From a virus (lineage: Duplodnaviria; Caudoviricetes), in the IMG/VR virus record IMGVR_UViG_3300032237_000709, positions 1-51,302 of that record: a DNA stretch of 51,302 bases; one strand, written 5' to 3'. The stretch's first letter is position 1, and each line of letters starts with the position of its first letter. Both the position numbers and the translations under genes were made by a program. Shown here one piece after another: positions 24,795 through 34,904 of this stretch. The notes beneath the pieces are model-generated. The model was not told the origin of the DNA and ran no database searches. It saw only the letters and a list, made by a program, of their open reading frames with translations.

Positions 24795-25334
24795 TTATAA
24801 AATCTCATCTACCAGCCCATATTTATATGCTGTTTTTACATCCATATACCACTCACCACGTTTATCTTTAATCTCATTTAATTGTTTTGTTGTGAATTTC
24901 GTTCGTGAAAGTAAGTAATCATCATAGATTTTCCACATTCGTTCTCCTTCTTTTACTTCTTGCAAATGCAATTGCAATTTTTCCTGTTGCATTGCCCATG
25001 ATATTTCATGGTACATGAATGTAGCACGTTGGCTTGCAAATCGCTTATGCCCAGCCGCGTACACTATTAATGCAGCCGACATGGCATGTCCATGACATAT
25101 TGTGTGAATTGGAGTCTGTGAATTTGAAATGACGTCAACTAAGGCAAATCCATGATACACGTCTCCACCAGGTGAGTTAACTATTAGCTTTATTGGTTCT
25201 TTTTGCGTTTTTTTAACGTCCTCCTCATTAATCTCATATATAACTTCTATAACCTCATTAACATTATCTATTTCGATATCACCTATTGACAGTATGCGGC
25301 CGCTAGGTTTGTTTGATTTTTTTGGAGAAGCCAT
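24795..25334 (-). CDS. clpP: ClpP-like protease subunit
   Basis: IVNSPGGDV, G.AMSAA (catalytic Ser), FMYHE (His), A..YGLVDEI. Confidence 0.85.
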   Translation of the reverse strand: MASPKKSNKPSGRILSIGDIEIDNVNEVIEVIYEINEEDVKKTQKEPIKLIVNSPGGDVYHGFALVDVISNSQTPIHTICHGHAMSAALIVYAAGHKRFASQRATFMYHEISWAMQQEKLQLHLQEVKEGERMWKIYDDYLLSRTKFTTKQLNEIKDKRGEWYMDVKTAYKYGLVDEIL

Positions 25335-25360
25335 AGTAGTGGGTTTTCTCCAATAAATAT

Positions 25361-26230
25361 CTAAATTATTTCAAATTCAATTTCAGTATCTCCAAATCCC
25401 CATGATTCACTATTTTCTGTTTCTTTTTGATATGTTATAGCTCGATATGGATCATTAGTTATTTTATTAACACCATCTAAAAATCCACCTCCTCCTCTCC
25501 CATGTTCAATATGAAATAGAGCAGGAGTATATATTGCTTTAAGTCCAAAACCATGCATTGCTGCTTTCTTTTGAACATTAGTATCAGCATATAATGAATA
25601 TATTAATTCTTCTTCAAATCCACGAATCGTATTCCATACCTTATATGGAGCAATTTGAAAATCACCACAACAATTAATTATACTGTAATTATCTCCATTT
25701 ACTGTTGTTTCTTCAAAGTGGCGCTCTTTAGAAGTTAATATTAAATGTTCTCTTAGTTCTTTCCATTTTTCAAAAGGTATATCGCCATTATGGAATGTTT
25801 TAATCATATCCCAATCAGTGTGTCTTCTACTTATTGTATAGAAGGATTCCTGATCTACTGTGTTAAGGATATTTTCTAATTCATCACGTTTAGGATGAAT
25901 AATATCAATGTTGGTTGATATTAACCAGTCCCCAGTAGCTCTTCTTAATCCAATGTTACGACCCAATACTTCACAACATTTCTGAGCATTAGGATCATTA
26001 TTGGTTAAAATGGATGCTATTTCAGGTGTAATAACAATATGTTTAAAATTACCTTTAAACTTAATATTATCTTTAATGTCATATAATAAACTATGGGTTT
26101 CTGAGTTCCAATCAACATATATTACTTCATCATACGTGTCTATTGCTGAATTAAAACAATATGTTGCTCTTTCATTTAAATGCCCTCCATAGTTATCATT
26201 TCGAGATACTATAACTGCTGATATTTTCAT
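25361..26230 (-). CDS. glycosyltransferase (GT-A fold)
   Basis: SRNDNYGG, VDWNS, RNIGLRRATGDW...NIDII, GDFQ, GFEE. Confidence 0.75.
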   Translation of the reverse strand: MKISAVIVSRNDNYGGHLNERATYCFNSAIDTYDEVIYVDWNSETHSLLYDIKDNIKFKGNFKHIVITPEIASILTNNDPNAQKCCEVLGRNIGLRRATGDWLISTNIDIIHPKRDELENILNTVDQESFYTISRRHTDWDMIKTFHNGDIPFEKWKELREHLILTSKERHFEETTVNGDNYSIINCCGDFQIAPYKVWNTIRGFEEELIYSLYADTNVQKKAAMHGFGLKAIYTPALFHIEHGRGGGGFLDGVNKITNDPYRAITYQKETENSESWGFGDTEIEFEII

Positions 26231-27153
26231 TATTTAAATTGATTAAAATAAATTTCTAAAAATTGTTTTGTTTTTTCTGGTAAATAGGGGGTGTTAGTTG
26301 AAGGTTTTTGACTGAAATCAAATGTATTTCTATATCCAATAACTTCGTTTTCTAAATTTCTAATTAAATCCTGAACATTTCTATCTTGATAGACTGATGC
26401 TCTATTATATATTAATTTATCAAATCCTATCATTTGCTGAGTATAATAACCACCCCAGATATCATCCATTCTACCAACATATGGCCATACAGCATAGTGT
26501 TTTAAAGCATCTCTATGAATAAATGTATTCTGAGAGTTAAATGGAGAGAATTGAGATGAGGCATATGGGCTTGTAATATTGAATTTAACTATAGGTTTAA
26601 ATGTTAAACGACACATAGCATCAATATCTGGGTCTCCGTCCCATAAATCGGCTTGGATTAATGGTGTTATTTTCTTTTTTCCTTTATATTCAACATCATT
26701 TTTTCTTTGTAGAGCTTCAATTGGATATCCTCTATGCCATAGATGAGATTGATTAGTTACTGATAGTGGATCAAATATGTTAAAGCGGGTATTTTCATAA
26801 TAATCCACTTCTACTTCCTTTCCAATATATAAATCAGTTCCCCAATTATCATATGGAATATTATCATCATCAACAGTAGCTACTACATCTGCTCCATTTT
26901 GGTAGGCATAAACAAATCCAATATTACGACGTTGAATTGTTTTCCATCCTATAATTTCACTTAATTCAGGATATAATTCTGATTGTTTATCGGGGTGAAG
27001 GTAAGTACAATCTAATTTTTTATATTCTTCATGAGGTGTTTTAGTATCACCTACCACAACAAACTCCCAATTATCGCGCCTAGCAATCTCAGCAAACTTA
27101 AGAGTGGCAGTTGTTGGTTTATTAATAGTTGTTGTAACTATAAATTTTTTCAT
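26230..27153 (-). CDS. STELLO/RGP-like (DUF288, GT75-related) protein
   Basis: VTTTIN.PT, VVGD.KTP, RRNIGF..A, DDDN, DPDIDA, PFNSQNT, RMDDIW. Confidence 0.8.
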   Translation of the reverse strand: MKKFIVTTTINKPTTATLKFAEIARRDNWEFVVVGDTKTPHEEYKKLDCTYLHPDKQSELYPELSEIIGWKTIQRRNIGFVYAYQNGADVVATVDDDNIPYDNWGTDLYIGKEVEVDYYENTRFNIFDPLSVTNQSHLWHRGYPIEALQRKNDVEYKGKKKITPLIQADLWDGDPDIDAMCRLTFKPIVKFNITSPYASSQFSPFNSQNTFIHRDALKHYAVWPYVGRMDDIWGGYYTQQMIGFDKLIYNRASVYQDRNVQDLIRNLENEVIGYRNTFDFSQKPSTNTPYLPEKTKQFLEIYFNQFK

Positions 27154-28061
27154 ATTAGCTTTTTATTTTTTATGTATTTAATCCACTGTTCAATATAATA
27201 AGGAAATTTTGATTCTATAATATTTCTTTGATTTTCTATTTTATTTAAAACTAATAAGTTTTTATAATAATCAGCAAAATTACTTTTATCATTTTTATCA
27301 GGATGATATTCAAATATTATTTGATTTTGTAATATATATTCATTAACTGTAATTCCATTAGTTACTGCTATATTAGATACTAACATTCCGAAATAATCCC
27401 ATGGTCCATATCCCTTCCATTCCTCTGGGATTGGAATTAATTCTTCAACCAATGATTTGCTATATACATCAAACCATCCTGCCCATTTGAAGTTATTTGC
27501 CTTTCTTAGATATGGTTCATCTAATATATTAGCTAGTTGTTGTATTTTAAATATATTTGATTTGTTCCATTGATCATAAGGAATATTTTGATAGTTTTCA
27601 TTTACTAATTCATCCCAGGTATGATCCCATAGTTTATGGATTTCTGGTGTAATAACAAAATATTTATCTTTAACTTGTTTAGCAGACTCTATTAAATAAT
27701 AAAGTAGATGTTCATGAAACCACATATCCGGACATATACCTATATAGTAATCTATATGTGATTCTATTTGTTTTTTTTCTAAATCTAAATGTCCCCATAA
27801 TTCATCCCCATCATATATTATTGGTTGTACTGTTGCCCAGTCTAATAATGAGAGTAAAGTATTAAATTTATTAATAAAAAATTCTTTAGGCAATTTAGAT
27901 TCATTCCAATTAATAATATAACTAGATAAATTTAAAGCTACATCAATGAATATTTTATCTTCAGAAGATAGATGCTGGTGTGCTTTCTTTAATTGAGTAA
28001 AGGAAAGTAAAGCATAGTCTATTTCCCAAGGCATTAAATGATATTTAATCTTAATATTCAT
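27150..28061 (-). CDS. putative glycosyltransferase
   Basis: 303 aa in glycan operon; CPD motif, GYGPWD. Confidence 0.55.
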   Translation of the reverse strand: MNIKIKYHLMPWEIDYALLSFTQLKKAHQHLSSEDKIFIDVALNLSSYIINWNESKLPKEFFINKFNTLLSLLDWATVQPIIYDGDELWGHLDLEKKQIESHIDYYIGICPDMWFHEHLLYYLIESAKQVKDKYFVITPEIHKLWDHTWDELVNENYQNIPYDQWNKSNIFKIQQLANILDEPYLRKANNFKWAGWFDVYSKSLVEELIPIPEEWKGYGPWDYFGMLVSNIAVTNGITVNEYILQNQIIFEYHPDKNDKSNFADYYKNLLVLNKIENQRNIIESKFPYYIEQWIKYIKNKKLI

Positions 28062-28827
28062 TTTTTAATTTATTATAAACTTCTTTAATTCCTTGTTTTA
28101 ATCCTATAAAATCAATAGGTAAAGCATTCCCTCCATCTCCATTATAGTTAACTCCACTACCATTACTAACTTTAACTTCAACTTTATATTCATCTAACTC
28201 ATTTATTAACTGAGCTATTCTAGTTAATGTACAAACTGTATTATAAATACAATTTATTTCTTTAGGTAAATTTGTATTATTTATATAATATTCTACTATT
28301 TTAACTAGATCAGGCATATAGATGAAATCCATATACTTATCCTGAGAAATTTGAATTGGTTCCTTATTTATATACCTTTTAATATTTGCCTTAATAAATC
28401 TAGTATCTAATTCATTCTCATCGAATACTCCGAATATTCTGGGGTTATAGAAATTATCTTTTTCTAATATTGATTGTCTTATAACATGTTTACTTAAACC
28501 ATAAGGAGTATCTTTAGCATATATTTCTGCTCCAGAACCAAAATGAATTAATTTATCAAAATAAGATTTATTAGCTAGTAAATTATAATACATAGATAAA
28601 TTATCATCTATTATATTTCCGTTATCCTCAGCTAATCTACTTCCACCCTTAACAGCACAATGAATTACCACATCAAATAATCTATGTTTAAAGAAATCAT
28701 TTGTTGCTTCTCTATCAGTTAAATCAAAATCAAATCTACTAATAGACATGACATTATGTATATCTTTAAGAGAATTATATAATGATTTAGCTATATAACC
28801 GTTTCCTCCTGTGATTAATATATTCAT
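28051..28827 (-). CDS. NAD-dependent epimerase/dehydratase (SDR)
   Basis: ITGGNGYIA, YGLSK. Confidence 0.85.
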   Translation of the reverse strand: MNILITGGNGYIAKSLYNSLKDIHNVMSISRFDFDLTDREATNDFFKHRLFDVVIHCAVKGGSRLAEDNGNIIDDNLSMYYNLLANKSYFDKLIHFGSGAEIYAKDTPYGLSKHVIRQSILEKDNFYNPRIFGVFDENELDTRFIKANIKRYINKEPIQISQDKYMDFIYMPDLVKIVEYYINNTNLPKEINCIYNTVCTLTRIAQLINELDEYKVEVKVSNGSGVNYNGDGGNALPIDFIGLKQGIKEVYNKLKNEY

Positions 28828-29300
28828 CGTTTTAGATTAATGTATATTGGAGTATTATTTTGAATTGAGTATTGAAATGATGATTCAAGTTCCTCTATTG
28901 TATTTGGTTTAAATGAAGTTATATTTTTAAATAAGTTCATTACTGATATATCTTCGCTAGCCCAATGAGAGAATCCTAAATAACCATAATCTTCATTTCT
29001 ACCGCCACCTAATATTTTAACTGGGATATATTCATGGTTGATATAATTTCTAATCATTTCAAATGGTCTGTATATAGCAAATGGTGTAATTGAATATGCG
29101 AATGGAATTTTACCATCCATAGCTAATCCAATAGCCATTCCCATCATAGCCATTTCAGATGACCCTACATTATAGAATCTGTTTGGAAATGCCTCTTTTA
29201 TTTCATCCCATAATCCATACCCTAGATCACCTGTAATTAGATAAATGTTAGGATTAGATTGCATTTCATTAAGGAGTAATTTAGCAAATTCACGTCTCAT
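28824..29300 (-). CDS. transketolase-like, pyrimidine-binding subunit
   Basis: TGDLGYG, RFYNVG.SE..M.G.A.GLA, RPFE.IR. Confidence 0.85.
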   Translation of the reverse strand: MRREFAKLLLNEMQSNPNIYLITGDLGYGLWDEIKEAFPNRFYNVGSSEMAMMGMAIGLAMDGKIPFAYSITPFAIYRPFEMIRNYINHEYIPVKILGGGRNEDYGYLGFSHWASEDISVMNLFKNITSFKPNTIEELESSFQYSIQNNTPIYINLKR

Positions 29301-29920
29301 TATAATTGTTGTAAAGCGGTTTGATAATCGGTTTCTCTCATTACATGGTAATGAGCATTTAATCCTTTTAAGAAAGTAAAATGTTCTACTGTTGTGTAAT
29401 GAATATTAACATTAGGGTAAAATGCTTGTAATCTTTGAGTTAAATATTTAGTATCAACTTCTTTATAAGCAGCATATCCATTTATATTAACATGCACTTC
29501 AATATTATTTATTTTTTCTTCAACTATTGTTTTAAGTGCTTCCCAAACACTTCCTTCAGCACATTCCCCATCACTTACTAACACATACACTTTTCTATTA
29601 GGATTGGCAACGGCTCTACCTAAAGCTATAGTAATACCTAACCCTAAGCTACCTGTAGAGCAATGTATTCCTGATTCTTCATCCCAATGGGGGTGACCTC
29701 CGTGTTTTAAAAATAGAGCTTCAGCATCTTGTCCTCTATACTTTTCTAAACAAACATATAAAGCTAAAGCAGCATGGCCTGATGATAATATGAATATATC
29801 ATTTTTATTCATTTTCTGGTAGATAGAGTCTATTATTTCTAATGCTGAAAAATAGCTTCCTAAATGGCCTAATTTATGTTTGTAGGCGATTTCTACTAAT
29901 CGTTTTTTTAATTCTACCAT
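29300..29920 (-). CDS. transketolase-like, TPP-binding subunit
   Basis: GHLGS..S, LS.GH, STGSLG.G, SDGECAEGSVWEAL. Confidence 0.85.
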   Translation of the reverse strand: MVELKKRLVEIAYKHKLGHLGSYFSALEIIDSIYQKMNKNDIFILSSGHAALALYVCLEKYRGQDAEALFLKHGGHPHWDEESGIHCSTGSLGLGITIALGRAVANPNRKVYVLVSDGECAEGSVWEALKTIVEEKINNIEVHVNINGYAAYKEVDTKYLTQRLQAFYPNVNIHYTTVEHFTFLKGLNAHYHVMRETDYQTALQQL

Positions 29921-30858
29921 ATAAATTTATTTTTATAATAATTAATTATATATTGAAGTTCAGTATTAAATTCAGCTTTAGGTTCCCAACCTAATGATCT
30001 TAGTTTAGAATCATCTAAAGCATATCTAACATCTTGGCCTGGTCTGCTATAGGTAAAGTCTATATAATTTTCAATATTGTTTATATTATTTAATGTAAGA
30101 AGTTTTTTAATAACATCCAAATTAGTTTGTTCAAATCCACCACAAATGTTATATATATCATTTTTAATACCAGATTCAATTATTGTGATAATAGCATTAG
30201 CTGTATCTTGAGCATGTAACCAATTTCTAATAGGAGTTCCACCATTATGTAATGGTATTTTTCTTCCTAATTTAAGATATTTACAAGCTTTAGGAATTAA
30301 TTTTTCAACATATTGTCCACTTCCATAGTTGTTAGTAGGTCTAACTATAATATAAGGTTGATTATATGTTCTAGCCCATGCTAGTATTAACATATCAGCT
30401 GCGGCTTTAGTTGCTGAGTATGGGTTGCTTGGGTTTAGTATGTCTGTTTCTATATGTGCTCCGCTATCTATATCTCCATAAACTTCATCTGTGCTAAAAT
30501 GTAATAATGTTGGTTTTTCACTATTTTCACCTCTATGATTCTTAATTAATTCTAATAAATGATGAACTCCATTAATATTAGAATGTATAAATTCATTACT
30601 ATTAGCTATTGAGTTACCAACATGTGTTTCAGCGGCTGTATTAATAACATAATCACAGTCATATAGGAATTTTAAGTCATTTATATCACAATGTACAAAT
30701 GAAAAGTTAGGATATTTTTTAAATTCATCTAATAAATCTTTATTTGCAGCGTATGTTATTTTATCTACACCTTTTACATACCATCCCTTTTCAAGACATG
30801 TTCTTGTTATATATGATCCTATAAATCCTAAGCATCCTGTTACATATACTACTTTCAT
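29914..30858 (-). CDS. rfbB: dTDP-glucose 4,6-dehydratase-like
   Basis: TG..GFIGS, AAETHV, STDEVYG, PYSATKAA, NNYG..Q..EKLIP, RPGQD.RY. Confidence 0.85.
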   Translation of the reverse strand: MKVVYVTGCLGFIGSYITRTCLEKGWYVKGVDKITYAANKDLLDEFKKYPNFSFVHCDINDLKFLYDCDYVINTAAETHVGNSIANSNEFIHSNINGVHHLLELIKNHRGENSEKPTLLHFSTDEVYGDIDSGAHIETDILNPSNPYSATKAAADMLILAWARTYNQPYIIVRPTNNYGSGQYVEKLIPKACKYLKLGRKIPLHNGGTPIRNWLHAQDTANAIITIIESGIKNDIYNICGGFEQTNLDVIKKLLTLNNINNIENYIDFTYSRPGQDVRYALDDSKLRSLGWEPKAEFNTELQYIINYYKNKFIW

Positions 30859-31997
30859 TTATTAAAAAATTCTTTTATTTTATTACAAACATAATCTACA
30901 TCTTCAATTGTCATACCATGGTGTGCACCTAATAAGAAACCATTTTTCATAATAGTATCTGAATTGATGAATGGTTGGAGGTATTCTCTATAAACGGGGT
31001 GCCTTGTTACATTACCAGCAAATGTTACTCTTGTTTGAATGTTATTTTCTTCTAGAAAATTAAGTAATTCATATCGCTTTTCTGTTTGTAACGGGATAGC
31101 TAACCAGTTTGGTTTAATATTATCATCAGGTAATAATATTTCAGGAACGTTTTTAAGATTATCTAAATAACGTTCAATATTTGCTCGTCTAATACCTTCA
31201 AATTCTTTAAAACGCTCTAATTGAACTAATCCAAATGCAGCATTCATTTCTGATGATTTGAAATTATATCCAAGTACGCCATATAAGAACTTATGATCGT
31301 ATGGAATACCATCAACAGTATGATTAAATCTATCAGACATTACTTCTGAGTTATTCCCCATTCTACCCCAATCTCTAAATTGTAGACATACATTACGAAG
31401 TTTTTCATCATTAAACATTACCATACCCCCTGAACCACCTGCTGTGATAACGTGACTAGCATAAAAACTAGTTGTTGCAATGTCTGTTTCTAGAGTATGA
31501 GTTACTGTATCAGCTGAATCTTCAATTAAGATAACATCTTCCCTTCCTATTGCTACTAAACCATCTTTAATTGCTTTCCAATCTGGTTTATTACCTATTA
31601 GGTTAGGTATCATTAATACCTTTACATCATCAGTAATAGCGGATATTACTTCTTTTGCATTAGCACAGTATGTGGTTAAATCAACATCTACAAATACTGG
31701 AACTAATCCTAATTGGATAATGGGTGCTAATGTGGTTGAGAAGGTACATGCTGGTGTTACTACTTTAGTTCCTTTAGGTAACTGTAAACATGCTAGAGCA
31801 AGTAAACATGCTGATGAACCGGAATTAACAAATACACCGTATTTCTTTCCAAAGAACTTTGCTATTTTTTCTTCAAATTCGACTGAGCGAGGACCAAATC
31901 CGGCAATCCATCCATCTCTTAAGCAGTCAACTACTGCTTGAATTTCTTGTTCTCCATAAGATTCAAACTTATTGGGAGCGTACCATACTTTTTTCAT
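30855..31997 (-). CDS. DegT/DnrJ-fold PLP/PMP enzyme, NDP-4-keto-6-deoxyhexose 3-dehydratase type (RfbH/ColD-like)
   Basis: VNSGSSA.LLA, IEDSAD, SFYASHVIT (His at the usual Lys position), RDWGR, GYN. Confidence 0.8.
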   Translation of the reverse strand: MKKVWYAPNKFESYGEQEIQAVVDCLRDGWIAGFGPRSVEFEEKIAKFFGKKYGVFVNSGSSACLLALACLQLPKGTKVVTPACTFSTTLAPIIQLGLVPVFVDVDLTTYCANAKEVISAITDDVKVLMIPNLIGNKPDWKAIKDGLVAIGREDVILIEDSADTVTHTLETDIATTSFYASHVITAGGSGGMVMFNDEKLRNVCLQFRDWGRMGNNSEVMSDRFNHTVDGIPYDHKFLYGVLGYNFKSSEMNAAFGLVQLERFKEFEGIRRANIERYLDNLKNVPEILLPDDNIKPNWLAIPLQTEKRYELLNFLEENNIQTRVTFAGNVTRHPVYREYLQPFINSDTIMKNGFLLGAHHGMTIEDVDYVCNKIKEFFNK

Positions 31998-32017
31998 ATT
32001 AAGTTATTCTTATTAAT

Positions 32018-32974
32018 TTACTTAAAAAATTCTGCACTATCACATTCTTCTCTAAAGAATTTGAGAGTATCTTGATTAAATAATTTTGTTTTATATAGAT
32101 GTGTTAAATAATTAAAATCTTCTAAAGGACGACCATGTAATCCCTCAGCAATGTGCCATACTTTAATATGTTTATGATCATGGGTAAATAATTTACCATC
32201 TTTAACATAATAATGAGAAATAGGAGCTTGAGTTGGATTATTTAGAGCAAGATCAAAGATATGGTTTGTATAATTAACTCCTTTAGCTCTAACATTATAA
32301 ACAACTTCACTTGTAGGATAAGGTCCATCTAAAACTCTAGTTGAATAACCACCTTCTGTCCATATCAACTCATTAAATGCTCCTTGTTCACCAAATACAC
32401 TAGGATGAGTAACCATTAGCTCTACACATCTTTCTAACGCTTTGATATTATTAAAACATATCACTCCAGAATTAAGATTAGCACTATCTTGCATTGTTGT
32501 ACCATCCTCAAATTCTAAAGTATAAAACGGAGTCTCAAAATATTCTGTCCTATCCTGAATATTGTAGTTTAATGTTGCTAATATATCGTTTTCATTATCT
32601 TCTAACATTTCTGTAAATCTAGCACATGTGATAGTATCAATATCTAAAACAATTAATTTATCTGCTTTGTAATATTTCATAGTTTCATATGCTATTACAA
32701 ATTTCTGTGCTACACTACAATTAATTAATTTAGGACTACCAAATAATGTTAAATATTCTTCTAAATTATCATCATTAATATAAACCATTTCAACATCAGG
32801 GTGCCATTTCTTAAAACTTCTTAAACAACAATCTACATACTCATTATACCGAGATTGATCATTGTCATGCATTATATTTAATTCTGTGTATTTATCTACC
32901 ATTTGAGTATGGTGGAGAAATTTACCTGTTGTTACGTTACTAAAAACGGCAATTGTTTTTGGAGGTGTGTTCAT
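32018..32974 (-). CDS. glycosyltransferase (GT8-like)
   Basis: LDIDT (DxD), LNSGV, EQGAFN. Confidence 0.65.
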   Translation of the reverse strand: MNTPPKTIAVFSNVTTGKFLHHTQMVDKYTELNIMHDNDQSRYNEYVDCCLRSFKKWHPDVEMVYINDDNLEEYLTLFGSPKLINCSVAQKFVIAYETMKYYKADKLIVLDIDTITCARFTEMLEDNENDILATLNYNIQDRTEYFETPFYTLEFEDGTTMQDSANLNSGVICFNNIKALERCVELMVTHPSVFGEQGAFNELIWTEGGYSTRVLDGPYPTSEVVYNVRAKGVNYTNHIFDLALNNPTQAPISHYYVKDGKLFTHDHKHIKVWHIAEGLHGRPLEDFNYLTHLYKTKLFNQDTLKFFREECDSAEFFK

Positions 32975-32975
32975 T

Positions 32976-34061
32976 TTATTTTATTAATTGTTTTGTAAAA
33001 TTTAAAGCGGATTCAATTACTTGATGCATATCATAATATTTGTATTCTGCTAAACGTCCGCCGAATATAATATCTTTTTCTTGACCTGCCAAGTTTTTAT
33101 ACATTAAATATTTTTCATTATTTTCTTTATCATTAACAGGATAATAGGGTTCAGTAGTTTTAGCATCATATTCTGTTGGGTATTCAAATGTTATCCAAGT
33201 AATATCATTTTCATTATTTTCAAAATATTTATGTTCTATTACTCGGGTGAATGGTATTTCTTCATCTGTGTAATTCATCATAGCCGTTCCTTGATAGATG
33301 TCTTCTGGTATTCTAACGTGCTCAAACTTTGTTGTTTTATATTCCAATTCACCAAATTGATAATTATAGAATCTATCAATAGGACCAGTATAAATGACTT
33401 TATTATGTTCAGGTAATTCATCTTTAAAGTAATCAACTCCTAATTTAACTTCAACTCCATCAAGTAATTTCTCAAATATTTGAGTATATCCACCAATGGG
33501 GATACCTTGATATTTGTCATTAAAGTAGTTGTTGTCATAAGTAAAACGAACTGGGAGACGTTTAATTATTTCTTTTGGTAGTTCTTTAGGGTCTTTTCTC
33601 CATTGTTTAGCTGTATATCCTTTGATTAGTTTTTCATATACATCTGTACCGACTAATTTAATTGCTTGTTCTTCTAGATTAGTTGGTTCACCAATATGTT
33701 CACTTTGTCCTTTAATAATTCGCTTTGCTTGATCGGGATGTGTTATATTCCATAGTTTAGAGAATGTCCACATATTAAAAGGTAATGAATATATCTCACC
33801 TTTATAATTGGCTACTGGTCTTAAAGTAAAATTATTGAATGAAACGAACTGGTTAATCCATTTCCATACCTCATCATTTGACGTATGAAATATGTGAGGT
33901 CCATAAGTATGAATATTAATTCCCTCTCTATTTTCTGTATGGCAGTTCCCACCAATGTGATTTCTAGAATCAATAACTACTACTTTGAATCCAGCTCTAT
34001 TTAATTCATAGGCACATATAGAGCCAAAGAAACCGGAACCTACTATTAAATAATCGTACAT
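32976..34061 (-). CDS. glf: UDP-galactopyranose mutase
   Basis: VGSGFFG, HIGGNC, H.YGPHIFHT, YQGIP.GGYT, EPYYP, GRLAEYKYYDM. Confidence 0.95.
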   Translation of the reverse strand: MYDYLIVGSGFFGSICAYELNRAGFKVVVIDSRNHIGGNCHTENREGINIHTYGPHIFHTSNDEVWKWINQFVSFNNFTLRPVANYKGEIYSLPFNMWTFSKLWNITHPDQAKRIIKGQSEHIGEPTNLEEQAIKLVGTDVYEKLIKGYTAKQWRKDPKELPKEIIKRLPVRFTYDNNYFNDKYQGIPIGGYTQIFEKLLDGVEVKLGVDYFKDELPEHNKVIYTGPIDRFYNYQFGELEYKTTKFEHVRIPEDIYQGTAMMNYTDEEIPFTRVIEHKYFENNENDITWITFEYPTEYDAKTTEPYYPVNDKENNEKYLMYKNLAGQEKDIIFGGRLAEYKYYDMHQVIESALNFTKQLIK

Positions 34062-34904
34062 TTAAATATTATTAATATCAATAATTTCTTTAAGAGTTTC
34101 TTTAAATCTACTAAATAAATCAGCATAATATTTTGCTAATTCATAGTTATGATTAATAGCATCTTTTCTATTAAAATAATCTTCAGGAGTTAATTTATTA
34201 GTAACTTCAATGATTTCATTTTCATCATTACAATAAATAAAACCATTAACGTCATATCCTAATTCTTCTAAATTTGGACAACCCCAATATATAGGAACTG
34301 TTTTAGATAAGAAAGCATCAATTATCTTTTCTGTATGGTATCCTCTATTTGAGGAATTTTCAACACAAATTGAAAACATACTATCCCATAATCTTTTTTT
34401 ACCATTAATATCCGTTACTATATGATGCCCATCACCATAATCATAATCCGGTAAGGTATAATACCACTGTTTAGGGATTGTTATTTCATCTTCACGTTTA
34501 TGTAATCTGTGTCTTAAATGGTGTCCTTCAATTCGCTGTTTACCACCACATAGAAAGGATACTTCAAATTTTTTATCTAATTTATCTACATTATCTACAT
34601 ACTCTTTATCTAACCAGCTAATTCCAAAAGGGAAAAACACAGAATTAGGACATTTATCTAATATATCCTGTCCCCATGTTAGTACCATACTAAATAAGTG
34701 AGCATTCTGAAGAGCCCAATCATGGATACCAAATAATTGGTTTGGCTCCATTACCATTAATATATTATATGGATTAAAAGTAAGCTGTTCATAACTTACA
34801 TTATGATAGTCATTAAATATAGAGATGGGTTTATTTTTTAAATCTTCTGTAACGACTTCTTCAAATTGTTCTTTAGGGATAAAATTAGAATATATTCTAA
34901 GCAT
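34062..34904 (-). CDS. GT10 (alpha-1,3-fucosyltransferase-like) glycosyltransferase
   Basis: FSICVENS...YHTEKIIDAF...VPIYWG. Confidence 0.8.
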   Translation of the reverse strand: MLRIYSNFIPKEQFEEVVTEDLKNKPISIFNDYHNVSYEQLTFNPYNILMVMEPNQLFGIHDWALQNAHLFSMVLTWGQDILDKCPNSVFFPFGISWLDKEYVDNVDKLDKKFEVSFLCGGKQRIEGHHLRHRLHKREDEITIPKQWYYTLPDYDYGDGHHIVTDINGKKRLWDSMFSICVENSSNRGYHTEKIIDAFLSKTVPIYWGCPNLEELGYDVNGFIYCNDENEIIEVTNKLTPEDYFNRKDAINHNYELAKYYADLFSRFKETLKEIIDINNI

